DNA of 36,934 nucleotides from Polyangia bacterium (GCA_035577105.1 DATLVT010000217.1:1-36934); one strand, 5' to 3'; counted from the stretch's first letter, positions 17,585 through 26,380 are shown. Numbers and translations are program-made. Notes: a model not told the origin generated them from the letters alone.

Positions 17585-19000
17585 CTAGGAAGCGCGCGCC
17601 AAACCGCCCGCTTGTTGCAGGTATTGCTCCAGCTCGTCGATCCGTCGTGCGAAAGAATAGGTCTGCAGCCGCAAGGCGAAATCGACGTCGCCCAGGCGGG
17701 CCATGGCCCCTTTGATCTTGAGAAAGGTCAGCTCGCGATCGCGGCGATGGCGGCGCTTGGCGGTCAGATTGTCCGCGGACCAGCCCTGCGCGGCGCGCGT
17801 GTATTCCTGCTGCTGGATCTTCAGCGTGGCCACCAGCGGCTCCAGCACGCGTCTGGCGTCGGTGATCTCGGGCGGCCCGCCGCCCCCGGCCGTCCGGCGC
17901 AGCTCCTGCGCCTTGGCCACCAGCGCGGCGGCGGTGGGTCCGGGCAGATCGGCGACCACGGCCACCTCTTCGGCGGTGGCGCGCAGCAAGGAGTCCAGGC
18001 GACCGAGGCCGACGGCAAACAGGCGCTGCACCATGAGCGGCTCCAGGCCTGGCACCTGACCCAGCACCGACTGAACCAGCAGCGGCTCGCGCCGATCGCG
18101 GTCGCCTTCCAGCTCGAACGCGCCGGGCAGGGCGCTGACCAGGTCGGCATACGTGGCGGTCAGCTGTCGCCCCAGCTCTTCGGTGATGAATTCGTTGACC
18201 ACGGCGTGATCCAGCGGAATCAAGAAGGCGCTGATGGCTTGATTCAACGCCTCCATCTCGATCTGCTCGGCCATGCGCCGCAGGGAGCTGAGCGCGCCCC
18301 GCGCCGCCACGGTCCAGGCGACGGCCGCGCCACCCCATTGCAGCTCCAGCATCAAGCTGCGCACGGGGCGCACGTGCTCGGCGGCCAGATCGGACAGCGT
18401 GGCGCGCGCAGCCGCCCGATCGGCGTCGCTGAGGACGGCCGCCGCAGGCGTGGTGGTTGTGGGGCCGGGGGGGCCGCCGGAATTTTCCAGCGACGGGAGC
18501 GGCACTGTGAGCAAAGTCTTCATCGCGGCCTGTCCGATTGACTGTGCGGATTCCGTCGCCGTCACCGCCGTGGGATCCGAGTCTTCGGTGGGAAAGACTT
18601 TGCGGAGCGCTTCGTCGATCGATGTGGCTACGTCGGGAGGCGGCGCTGGTTTCGCCGATGACGCGGAAGTTTCGAGGGCGGCGGTGGTCGGCGCCGTGGT
18701 ATCGACGGCCTTCTCGCGGCGGCCGGGCGCAGCGCCCCTGCGGGTGGCGTTGTTGCCGGCGGACGGTTGAACCGGCGGCGCGGCCCGGCCCGGCGCCCCG
18801 GGACCTTCCTTGGGGTCCTTCGATCGCTTCACCGTCGAGGGGGTGGTCGGTCTTGGGGGCGGTAACCGGGTGCCGGACGGCGGCGCCGCTGGCGGGGCCG
18901 TCGGGACAGCGGGCGCGGATTCTGGCGCGGGGGCTGGCGCTGGGTCGCCGGCGGGGGCCCCGGCGTCGTGTTTGGGGAAAAGTCGCGACAGGATGCTCAT
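17585..19000 (-). CDS. Pro/Ala-rich protein with a helical C-terminal half containing helix-hairpin-helix-like motifs; first gene of the bactofilin operon
   Basis: 471-aa ORF with GC-rich third codon positions. About 170 aa of low-complexity P/A-rich sequence, then LGQVPGLEPLMVQRLFAVGLGRLDSLLRATAEEVAVVADLPGPTAAALVAKA (HhH-like pattern). Ends 15 nt before the next gene. Confidence 0.6.
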   Translation of the reverse strand: MSILSRLFPKHDAGAPAGDPAPAPAPESAPAVPTAPPAAPPSGTRLPPPRPTTPSTVKRSKDPKEGPGAPGRAAPPVQPSAGNNATRRGAAPGRREKAVDTTAPTTAALETSASSAKPAPPPDVATSIDEALRKVFPTEDSDPTAVTATESAQSIGQAAMKTLLTVPLPSLENSGGPPGPTTTTPAAAVLSDADRAAARATLSDLAAEHVRPVRSLMLELQWGGAAVAWTVAARGALSSLRRMAEQIEMEALNQAISAFLIPLDHAVVNEFITEELGRQLTATYADLVSALPGAFELEGDRDRREPLLVQSVLGQVPGLEPLMVQRLFAVGLGRLDSLLRATAEEVAVVADLPGPTAAALVAKAQELRRTAGGGGPPEITDARRVLEPLVATLKIQQQEYTRAAQGWSADNLTAKRRHRRDRELTFLKIKGAMARLGDVDFALRLQTYSFARRIDELEQYLQQAGGLARAS

Positions 19001-19083
19001 GAGATCTTTGCCCGGCAGGACGAAGGGAAGCGCCCGGAGGTTAGCAACAGCGACGGTGACGATGGCAAGAGTTTTCTGTGTGA

Positions 19084-19105
19084 CAGTCGGGAGTTGTCCC
19101 GACTG
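19084..19105. promoter_or_regulatory. Perfect 9-bp stem / 4-nt loop hairpin in the leader/promoter region of the bactofilin operon
   Basis: CAGTCGGGA-gttg-TCCCGACTG. It is followed by an 11-bp palindrome TGACAgTGTCA at 19108-19118. Confidence 0.35.
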
Positions 19106-19450
19106 AATGACAGTGTCAGATCAGCCAATACAATTTTGTTTTGAGTGTTCCATTGTGGAATGTGGAATTCACTCAAAGTGGTGGCAGTCCCGACACGCCG
19201 TCGAAAAAGGCATGCAACGATTGTCTAAAATGCTCAACGCTGGCCAGCGGGGTTGGTTTCGGCGAAATCAGCAGCGATATCGGGAAATCCATGGCGCCGG
19301 CAAACCAAACTTCCCCGCGAACTATGCATTCCTGCACTGATTTTCGATCGATTTTGTATGCGGGCGGACAACACACCGCGCGGTGATTTTTCTGCGACAA
19401 CAAACGCGTCGTGACGAAAACGTACAGCCAAGATACGATCGTACTGGCCT

Positions 19451-20152
19451 ATGAAATCCCTGATGCTGGCCTCATGGGGTAAGGCAGGGCCGCCGCAGCC
19501 GTCGCGGGCGCTGGTCGGTTCCTTGATGGTTATCCTCGGTTGCTCCGGGGCCGAACCATTCAGCGGTCACCTTGCTTCAGACGGCGCCCCCCTCAGCCAA
19601 CCGGACGGTGCGGGGGGCACGATGGACGGCACGGGCGGCGCCAGCGCCGAAGGCAGCGGCGGCGCACCGGAGAGCGGCAGCGGCGGGAGCAGCGGCAGTG
19701 GTGGGGAATCCGGCAGCGGGGGCGGAGGGGGAGGCGGAAGCGGAGGGACGACCGGCGCCGGTGGTTCCGGCGGTTCCGACGGTTCCACCTTGGGCAGCGG
19801 CGGCGGCAACGGTGTCGACGGAGCCGCGGACATGTCCGCCGACGTTCCTGGCAGCGGCGGCGCCGGCGGTAAAGGCGGCGCCGCGGGCACCGGCGGGGCG
19901 TCGGGCAGCGGTGGCGCCGGCGGCGGGCTGTCCTGCGCGGGCGTCGCCGAATGGTCGGCGGCCGCGACGGCCAGCTACCTACCGGGCCTCAACGGCCAGC
20001 CGGGCACCACGATCAAGCACGGCAACCCCTCACACCTTTTTCGCTGCAAGCCCAGTCCGGCCGGCTTCTGGTGCCAGCAGCCCGCTTACGAACCGCTGGC
20101 GCCGTCCGGGTACTGGCGCGACGCCTGGGACGATCTGGGCGCTTGTAACTGA
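19451..20152 (+). CDS. Gly/Ser-rich secreted lipoprotein with a Cys-containing C-terminal module (CBM5/12-like carbohydrate-binding domain?)
   Basis: Lipobox VILGC and a long GSGG low-complexity region. C-terminal CAGVAEWSAAATASYLPG...FRCKPSPAGFWCQQPAYEP...YWRDAWDDLGAC has an aromatic/Cys pattern. The domain call is tentative. Confidence 0.6.
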   Translation: MKSLMLASWGKAGPPQPSRALVGSLMVILGCSGAEPFSGHLASDGAPLSQPDGAGGTMDGTGGASAEGSGGAPESGSGGSSGSGGESGSGGGGGGGSGGTTGAGGSGGSDGSTLGSGGGNGVDGAADMSADVPGSGGAGGKGGAAGTGGASGSGGAGGGLSCAGVAEWSAAATASYLPGLNGQPGTTIKHGNPSHLFRCKPSPAGFWCQQPAYEPLAPSGYWRDAWDDLGACN

Positions 20153-20208
20153 ACTGAACCAACGGGGACGATCTCAGCGCGCCGCCCGTCGTGTATCGTG
20201 GCGCGCGG

Positions 20209-20949
20209 ATGCCGCCGTTGGCTGTTTGGCAGTGGATCTTGGGCGCGGTGTGCGGCCTGTTCGTCGGGATCGCCAAGAGCGGCGTGCCGGGATTCGGGAT
20301 CGCCGTGGTGCCGCTGATGGTGATGGTGGTCGGCAACGCGCGCGCCTCTGCCGGCTGGCTGTTGCCGATGCTGTGCACGGCCGATCTGTTCGCCATCGCC
20401 TATTACCGCCGCCACGCCCAGGCGCGACGGCTGTTCGACCTGGCGCCCTGGGTGCTGGTGGGCATGGGGGCGGGGACGGTGGCGCTGGGGTGGGGTGAAT
20501 CGGTCCTGCGTCCCATCATCGCGGCCGTGGTGCTGACCATGATCGGCGCGCACCTCTGGCGAAAATGGCGCCAGCAGGTCGGGGTGCCAACCGGGTGGTC
20601 GCACAGCGCGCGCTATGGCGTGCTGGCTGGATTCGCCACCACGGTGGCCAACGCCGCCGGGCCGGTGATGAACGTCTACCTTCTGTCCAAACGCCTGCCC
20701 AAGGAAGAGTTCGTGGCGGCCGGCGCCTGGTTTTTTTTCCTGATCAACCTCAGCAAGCTGCCCATCTATCGCTGGCGCGGGATGATCACGGCGCGGTCGC
20801 TGCTGTTCGATCTCTTGATGCTGCCGGCGGTGGCCCTGGGGGCGATGGTGGGCCGCAAGGTGGTCCGGCGTCTGGCCCAGACCACGTTCGAGGTGGCGGT
20901 GCTGGCCCTGACCGCCGGCGCGACGCTGCTGTTGTTCTTACCCCGCTGA
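20209..20949 (+). CDS. TauE/SafE (DUF81) family anion-exporter membrane protein
   Basis: Multi-TM protein with GLFVGIAKSGVPGFGIAVVPLMV, typical of the family. ATG at 20209 is preferred over GTG at 20191. Confidence 0.75.
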   Translation: MPPLAVWQWILGAVCGLFVGIAKSGVPGFGIAVVPLMVMVVGNARASAGWLLPMLCTADLFAIAYYRRHAQARRLFDLAPWVLVGMGAGTVALGWGESVLRPIIAAVVLTMIGAHLWRKWRQQVGVPTGWSHSARYGVLAGFATTVANAAGPVMNVYLLSKRLPKEEFVAAGAWFFFLINLSKLPIYRWRGMITARSLLFDLLMLPAVALGAMVGRKVVRRLAQTTFEVAVLALTAGATLLLFLPR

Positions 20950-20970
20950 ACGGCGCGGCCGAGGCCGCGG

Positions 20971-22653
20971 CTACGAAGCCGGCGGTGGGGGCGGGCCTGG
21001 CGTACTGGGTGGTGACGGCGTGGCGGTGGCTGGCAGACCTCGACGGGCCATCACCTGTTCAAAGCTGGCGCGCAGACCGGGGACGTTGGCGGCCAGCAGA
21101 CCGAACTCGCGCTTGGGGATGCTGAGCACGGTCATCGCGTCCAGGCACCGAACCGTGGCGTTGCGGGGCGCGCTGCCGAGGAGGGCCATCTCGCCGAAGC
21201 ATTCGCCGGGGCCCAGCGTGGTCAGCACCTGCTCGCCGCCGCGCTCGCCTTTGCTGTTGTCGCCCGGGACGGCGAGGTGTCTGCGCACCACCTCGGCCTT
21301 GCCGGACAGGAGGATGTAGACGCGATCGCCCAGCTCGCCTTCGTTGAACACCGTCTGACCCGGTTCGAAATGTTCGTGCGTGGCGCCGCCGCTGGCGCCC
21401 AGGCGCAGCTGGATCAGCTCCGTCGGCAGGATCAGGTCCAGCGTCCACGAGCTGGCCACCTTGAGCCGCCGGCCCCAGCCGGGGAGCTTTGACAGATAGA
21501 TCGTCCGCCACAAGAACCAGGCCAGAAAGCCGGAGATCCCGATGCCGAAGATCTCGGCCACGGCGTTGCGTCGCCCCAGCGAGCCCATCTTGCCCAGCCC
21601 CTTGAAGTCAAAGGCGCGCAGCCCGCCGCCGTTGATGGTGGCGACGATGTTGTCGGCGACCAGGTGGGCCTGGCGGGTGGCGTGCTGGGCCGTGGGCGGG
21701 CAGGGCGTGCCGTCGGCGGTGGGCACCGACGCGCAGTCGCCCACCGCCCAGACGTCTGGCCGGCCTTGCACCCGCAGGTTGGCGTCGACGATGAGGCGGC
21801 CATTCTTCGTCTTCGGCAACGGCAGCGTGTCGACCAGCGGGTGCGGCGACGACGGGATGGTCGAGACCAGCGTGCGCGTCGGGATGGCGCTGCCATCCGA
21901 CAGGATGGCTGCTTCGGCGGTGGCCGCCTTCAGGCGCTGGTTCAGCACCAGCTCGACGCCGCGCCGGCGCAAGATCTTGGCGGCGAAGGCGCGCAGCTTG
22001 GGGGCTACCTCGGGGAGGATTTCGCCTTGTCCGTGCACCAGCACCACACGAATGTCCGCGGGGTTGATGCGGCGATAGAGGCGGGCGATGCCGCGCACGA
22101 AATCGTTCAGCTCGGCCACCACCTCGACGCCGGAGAAACCACCGCCTGCCACGACGAAGGTCAGGAGCTGCTTGCGCAGGACCGGGTCGTCGTCCTCGAT
22201 GTCGGCCTCCTCCAGGGCGCGGATGGCGCGGGCGCGCAGCTCCAGGGCGTCGGACAGGTTCTTGAACGGAAGGGCGTGCTCGGGCAATCCTGGCAGACCC
22301 CGAAAATCGGTGACGGTGCCAGGCGCCAGCACCAGGTGATCGTAATGTTCGACGTGGGCGTGCGGGCGGAAGCCGGGGGCGGCGCTGATGGTCTGGTTGG
22401 CGATGTCGATCGACTCGACGTCCCGGACCACCACGTGCGTGCGGCGCAGCAGCCGGCGCAGCGGGCTGACCACATCGGTGAGCCCGATGGTTCCGGAGAT
22501 CACCTCGGGCAGCATCGGCTGAAACACAAAGTAGTTGTCGCGGCTGAAAAGAAGGATCTCCCAGTCGTCGCGCCGGCCCAGCTTGCGCTCCAGCGCCTGC
22601 GCGGCGTAGACGCCGGCGAATCCGCCTCCCACCACCACGATGCGCTTTCTCAT
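20971..22653 (-). CDS. Type II NADH dehydrogenase (NDH-2, FAD/NAD(P) oxidoreductase) fused to a C-terminal cyclic-nucleotide-binding domain
   Basis: Two Rossmann motifs (IVVVGGGFAGVY and VVAGGGFSGVE). After a membrane-proximal segment, a CNB domain follows: FNEGELGDRVYILLSGKAEV...GECFGEMALLGSAPRNATVRCLD. Confidence 0.85.
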   Translation of the reverse strand: MRKRIVVVGGGFAGVYAAQALERKLGRRDDWEILLFSRDNYFVFQPMLPEVISGTIGLTDVVSPLRRLLRRTHVVVRDVESIDIANQTISAAPGFRPHAHVEHYDHLVLAPGTVTDFRGLPGLPEHALPFKNLSDALELRARAIRALEEADIEDDDPVLRKQLLTFVVAGGGFSGVEVVAELNDFVRGIARLYRRINPADIRVVLVHGQGEILPEVAPKLRAFAAKILRRRGVELVLNQRLKAATAEAAILSDGSAIPTRTLVSTIPSSPHPLVDTLPLPKTKNGRLIVDANLRVQGRPDVWAVGDCASVPTADGTPCPPTAQHATRQAHLVADNIVATINGGGLRAFDFKGLGKMGSLGRRNAVAEIFGIGISGFLAWFLWRTIYLSKLPGWGRRLKVASSWTLDLILPTELIQLRLGASGGATHEHFEPGQTVFNEGELGDRVYILLSGKAEVVRRHLAVPGDNSKGERGGEQVLTTLGPGECFGEMALLGSAPRNATVRCLDAMTVLSIPKREFGLLAANVPGLRASFEQVMARRGLPATATPSPPSTPGPPPPPAS

Positions 22654-22698
22654 CTGCCGCGTGCCCTTTCTCGCCCGTCGGGATCTTCGTGCGCCACA

Positions 22699-22725
22699 GT
22701 TACGTCCGCCGACGCGCGCGGTTAC
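22699..22725 (-). promoter_or_regulatory. Candidate ECF (SigF-type) promoter of the NDH-2/cNMP gene: GTAACC-N15-CGTAAC
   Basis: On the minus strand the -35 GTAACC is at 22725-22720, the spacer is 15 nt, and the -10 CGTAAC is at 22704-22699. The -10 ends 45 nt before the ATG at 22653. Same architecture as the three other sites in the window. Confidence 0.55.
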
Positions 22726-22743
22726 GGGGATAACCGACGGTGC

Positions 22744-24831
22744 TCATTTCGATGCGGCCACCCAGGTGCCATCCCAGTCGGCCGGTGGCGGCTCCTGTTT
22801 CCAGTGCCGGCATCGATCGGCCAGGACGGCGCCCGCCGCATCATCGGTCAGCGGCGCCAGAAGGTCGAGCGCCTCCTGGAATTCGCGGCGGTGGGCGGCA
22901 GCCAGCGCATCTTCATATGGCTTCAGCCTGGCCAGGCGCCGGGTGGCCAGGGGATCGCCGGCGACGCCCAGCAGTTCGAAGATGAAGATCGATTGGTTGC
23001 GTCCCTTGACGGCCACCCGATCCAGGCGGCGAAACAGAAACTGCTCACCGACGCGGTCGCGGATCTCCTCGCTGACCAGGATGGTGGTGCCGTAGACCTT
23101 GTTGAGGCCTTCCAGGCGGGCGGCCAGGTTCACGCCGTCGCCCATCGCGGTGTAACTGAGCCGGTCGGGGGCGCCGAAATGCCCGACCATCACCTGGGCG
23201 GCGTGCAGGCCAAAGCGGGTGCGCCACGGCGCGAGACCGGCCTTCTGCCACCACGGCGATCGCCCCAGCTCGTCGGTGGCGGCGTCGCAGGTCAGGGCGG
23301 CCCGGCAGGCGGCCACCGCGTGGTCCGCGACGGGATCGGGCGCGTTCCAGATCACCATCAGCGCGTCGCCGATGTACTTGTCGACGGTGCCGCCCAGCCC
23401 CTCGACGGCGGCGGTGGCCGCCTGCAGATACCGGCCGAGAGCGTCGGCCAGCAGGGGCGGGGGCAGCTTTTCGGCGTGGCTGGTGAAATCGGCGATGTCG
23501 GTGAACATCAGCGACACATCCAGAAGGTCGGCGCCCAGCACGGGGTCGCGTCCGCTTTCGTAAAGGCGCCTGACCAGGCCGACCGGGACGTATTTCACCA
23601 TCGCCCGCAAGGCGGTCTTGGCGCGTTCCACGCTGCCCAGCGCGCCCCGCACCTCGCCGAAGGGCGACTGCACGGGCGCGGCGTCGAAGGTGAAGCGCCG
23701 CATTCCCTCGGTGGCCGTCACCAGGGCGCGCATGCCCCGACCGACGGTGCGCGCGCCGCCCAGCCCGACGGCCGCGATGACCAGCACGACCAGCACCATC
23801 AGGCCCAGCAGGCGATCGCGCGCGTGGGCGATGGCGCCGACATAGGCGCTGGCGGGGACGACGATCCCGACCAGCCACTGCTGGGCCCGCCCCTGGGCGA
23901 CCGGGACCAGGGTGACGAAGTAGGGTTCACCGTCGACGTCGAGGCGCGCGCCGCCCACCGCTCCGCCGCGCGCCAGAGCCAGCGCGGCCTGGACCGGCGG
24001 CGGGATCGTGGCGGGGACCACGCGCAGATCGCCGTCGGGATCGGGGCGGCCGTCCTCGTCGACGGCGGTGTACAGATCGGCCTTTTGCAGGCGGGTGACC
24101 AGCCGTCCCCCGGCGTCGCAGATGAAGAGGCGATGGGGATCGTCGCCGCTCTTCATCGACGCAAAGCGGTCCAGCGTGTCGCTGGTGATCCCGGCGCGCA
24201 AGACGCCCACGAATTTGCCCTGGGGATCAAAGATGGCCTTCTGAACCGTCATCACCTTGCGGCGCAAGCCGGCGGTCAGCGCGGCATCGCCCTCGCGATA
24301 GGAGAGGTCGCTCCACAGACTGCGCCCCCGCCACTCCTGATGAGCGGCGGCGCGAAAGGTGTCGTGACGGGTCGGATCGGCCGCGCTGTCGGCGGCCACG
24401 TCGGTCAGCAGGCGCCCGCCGATCTGGCCGTCATGCTCGCGAAAGACGGCGATCTGTCGGCGGCCCTGGGCCCACAAGACCATGGTCCCGTCGTCCTCGT
24501 AACGTTTGAAGAGCCCGCTGGTCAGGGTCAGGTCGGTCAGACCGCGCAGGGCAATCAACTCGGCGGTCAGATAGCGACGGACGGCGAGCGGATCTCCGAC
24601 GACCACGGCCCCCACGGTCAGCGCCTGCTCGAAATCAGCGACCGCCCTTTCGGCGGTGCCCAGATCGGATTCCAGCGCGGCGGCGATGCGGGTGGCGGTG
24701 TCGTGGCGCGCGCTCTCGCCGACCTTGATCACCGCCTGGTTGGCGGTGCGCACGGCCACCAGCAGCACGGCGCCCGCCAGCAGGGCCAGCGCCACCACGA
24801 CGAACGCGAAGAAGCGCGGCAGCGTCAGCAC
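22744..24831 (-). CDS. Membrane sensor class III adenylate/guanylate cyclase (TM - periplasmic Cache-like region - TM - HAMP - cyclase)
   Basis: Two TM segments flank about 300 aa, followed by a HAMP-like linker. Cyclase motifs are VSLMFTDIADFTSHAE, VDKYIGDALMVIWNAP and GDGVNLAARLEG. GTG start lies 16 nt after the anti-sigma stop. Confidence 0.85.
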   Translation of the reverse strand: MLTLPRFFAFVVVALALLAGAVLLVAVRTANQAVIKVGESARHDTATRIAAALESDLGTAERAVADFEQALTVGAVVVGDPLAVRRYLTAELIALRGLTDLTLTSGLFKRYEDDGTMVLWAQGRRQIAVFREHDGQIGGRLLTDVAADSAADPTRHDTFRAAAHQEWRGRSLWSDLSYREGDAALTAGLRRKVMTVQKAIFDPQGKFVGVLRAGITSDTLDRFASMKSGDDPHRLFICDAGGRLVTRLQKADLYTAVDEDGRPDPDGDLRVVPATIPPPVQAALALARGGAVGGARLDVDGEPYFVTLVPVAQGRAQQWLVGIVVPASAYVGAIAHARDRLLGLMVLVVLVIAAVGLGGARTVGRGMRALVTATEGMRRFTFDAAPVQSPFGEVRGALGSVERAKTALRAMVKYVPVGLVRRLYESGRDPVLGADLLDVSLMFTDIADFTSHAEKLPPPLLADALGRYLQAATAAVEGLGGTVDKYIGDALMVIWNAPDPVADHAVAACRAALTCDAATDELGRSPWWQKAGLAPWRTRFGLHAAQVMVGHFGAPDRLSYTAMGDGVNLAARLEGLNKVYGTTILVSEEIRDRVGEQFLFRRLDRVAVKGRNQSIFIFELLGVAGDPLATRRLARLKPYEDALAAAHRREFQEALDLLAPLTDDAAGAVLADRCRHWKQEPPPADWDGTWVAASK

Positions 24832-24847
24832 GACGCGCCTGACTTCA

Positions 24848-25561
24848 TCAGCGCTCGAGCAGGCTGGGCAGCAGCGCGGCGCCGGCCGCCGCCGCCAGGA
24901 TCATCCCGCCCACGTGGGCCAGCACCACGTGATCGGTGCCGGCGAACGGGCAGATGAAATGCAACGTCAGCCCGCCCAGCGCGCCGCCCGCCGCGCCCAG
25001 GCCCATGCCCAGCCAGCGGGCCCCCACCGGCATCAGCCGCCGCAGGACCAGAAAACTGACCAGCAGCAAAACGCCGGAGACGCGAAAGACGTAGCTGATG
25101 CAGTGCAGGCACGAATCAAACAGCGTCCACCCGCGATCGGCGGGGACCATGCTGACGCCCGGGACCTGGACGGTGAAGAACAGCCCGAAGAAGAACACCA
25201 CCAGGATGGCCAGAAAGCTGATGCGCGAGGCGCGGCTGGCGCCGGGTAGAACGTCCCCGCGCCGCGGGATCAGCGCCGCCGCCAGCGACAGCACGAAGGC
25301 GGCGCCCCACAGCACCGCGCCCACGACCACCCAGATGCGAGGAAGCACCGCCAGGTCGGGACGCATGGGCCGCAGCAGCATGGTCAGCGTCGGCCAGATC
25401 AGGCCCGCCACCAGGACCACGGTGAAGGCGCCGAACCGGGAACGCATGCGCACGGGCCGCATGCCCTCGACGGCCTTGATCAGCATGGGCGCCGGTGGGG
25501 GGGGCGGGGTTCCGTCGAACCCCGAGCCCACGCCGCGGCCATTTGCGTCGTGCACGCTCAT
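24848..25561 (-). CDS. NrsF/DUF1109-family membrane anti-sigma factor
   Basis: Six-TM-like protein with Cys/His-containing segments (DSCLHCISYV and LHFICPFAGTDHVVLAHVGG). The ATG overlaps the sigma gene stop (ATGA at 25558-25561). Confidence 0.7.
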   Translation of the reverse strand: MSVHDANGRGVGSGFDGTPPPPPAPMLIKAVEGMRPVRMRSRFGAFTVVLVAGLIWPTLTMLLRPMRPDLAVLPRIWVVVGAVLWGAAFVLSLAAALIPRRGDVLPGASRASRISFLAILVVFFFGLFFTVQVPGVSMVPADRGWTLFDSCLHCISYVFRVSGVLLLVSFLVLRRLMPVGARWLGMGLGAAGGALGGLTLHFICPFAGTDHVVLAHVGGMILAAAAGAALLPSLLER

Positions 25562-26154
25562 GCGAGATCGATGTCCTCTTCGCCTTCGCCGCTCTTGCCC
25601 AGCAGCACCCGAAGCGTGACGTAGGCGCGGTGCGCGCGCAGCTTGATCGCGCCCGGCGTGCTGCCGGCGATCTGGGCCGCCTCGGCGTGGGACCGGCCGT
25701 GCACCTTGGTCAGGATCAGCGCCTGCCGCTGTTTCTCGGGCAAGTGTTGCAGAGCGGCCATGGCGGCGGCCGCGCGCGCAGACTCTGGCTGCGCCTGGGC
25801 CTCCTCTGCGGTGCCGCTGAGGTCGGCGCGCGGCGGCGACGGCAGCTGTCCGTCGACGGTCAGGCGAACGCGGCTGCGCTTGCGCTTGCGCAGCTCGTCC
25901 AGGCAGGTGCGGTGGGCAATCGTGTAGATCCACGGGATGGGATTGGCGCCGCGCACGTACGCGCCGCGGGCTTCGTGCACCTTGAGGAACGTGTGCTGCA
26001 ACAGATCCTCGGCCGCCGCCCGATCACCGATCAGGCCGCGCAGGTAGGCGAGGATCCGCGGCGCCAGCATGGCGTACAGGCGATGGAACGCAGCCACCTC
26101 GCCCGCGCAATAGCGCTCCATGACCTGGCTGGCTTCGAGGGACTCGGGATCCAT
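25558..26154 (-). CDS. ECF-type RNA polymerase sigma-70 family factor (SigF/ECF16-like by its anti-sigma partner)
   Basis: Region 2 (DLLQHTFLKVHEARGAY...WIYTIAHRTCLDELRKR) and region 4 (LPEKQRQALILTKVHGRSHAEAAQIAGSTPGAIKLRAHRA). ATG at 26154; an alternative start is at 26121. Confidence 0.85.
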   Translation of the reverse strand: MDPESLEASQVMERYCAGEVAAFHRLYAMLAPRILAYLRGLIGDRAAAEDLLQHTFLKVHEARGAYVRGANPIPWIYTIAHRTCLDELRKRKRSRVRLTVDGQLPSPPRADLSGTAEEAQAQPESARAAAAMAALQHLPEKQRQALILTKVHGRSHAEAAQIAGSTPGAIKLRAHRAYVTLRVLLGKSGEGEEDIDLA

Positions 26155-26380
26155 GGATCGCAGTCGATACCTGGTTGCTCCGCCAATTTCGGGTGATTCG
26201 CCGCTCCGGTTCGCTGTCGTGTGGCCGGTCTGGTTGGCGTGTCTGATAGGTCCGTTCTGTCCGTTGTGCCAGATCCACCAGGCCGGCCAGCACAGCGTGC
26301 CACCCTGTCTCAGCAGAGGAGGATGGAAGAGTGCCGCTGCGATCACAAGAAATTCCTGCTGGCGACGACGCTGGGCCTCG

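Noticed and set aside
19107-19431. Four overlapping 65-81-aa ORFs inside the low-GC island
   Set aside because: They have no SD sequences and no GC3 bias, unlike every convincing gene in the window. They overlap each other on both strands. I treat the region as regulatory or non-coding.
21664-24957. 1097-aa ORF on the plus strand, the longest in the track
   Set aside because: It runs antisense across three well-supported minus-strand genes: the NDH-2/cNMP fusion, the cyclase and the end of the anti-sigma. Its translation is Arg/Gly/Ala/Gln-rich low-complexity sequence with no recognisable motif. Long stop-free antisense frames are expected at this GC content.
26188-26212. GCGAACC-N16-CGAA upstream of the sigma gene, inside the 226-bp doxX-sigma gap; a possible internal autoregulatory promoter
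   Set aside because: It differs from the four-site consensus in both half-sites (CGAACC instead of GTAACC, CGAA instead of CGTA) and in spacing (16 versus 15 nt). It does resemble the Caulobacter-type -10 and spacer, so it is worth testing. I did not promote it to a feature.
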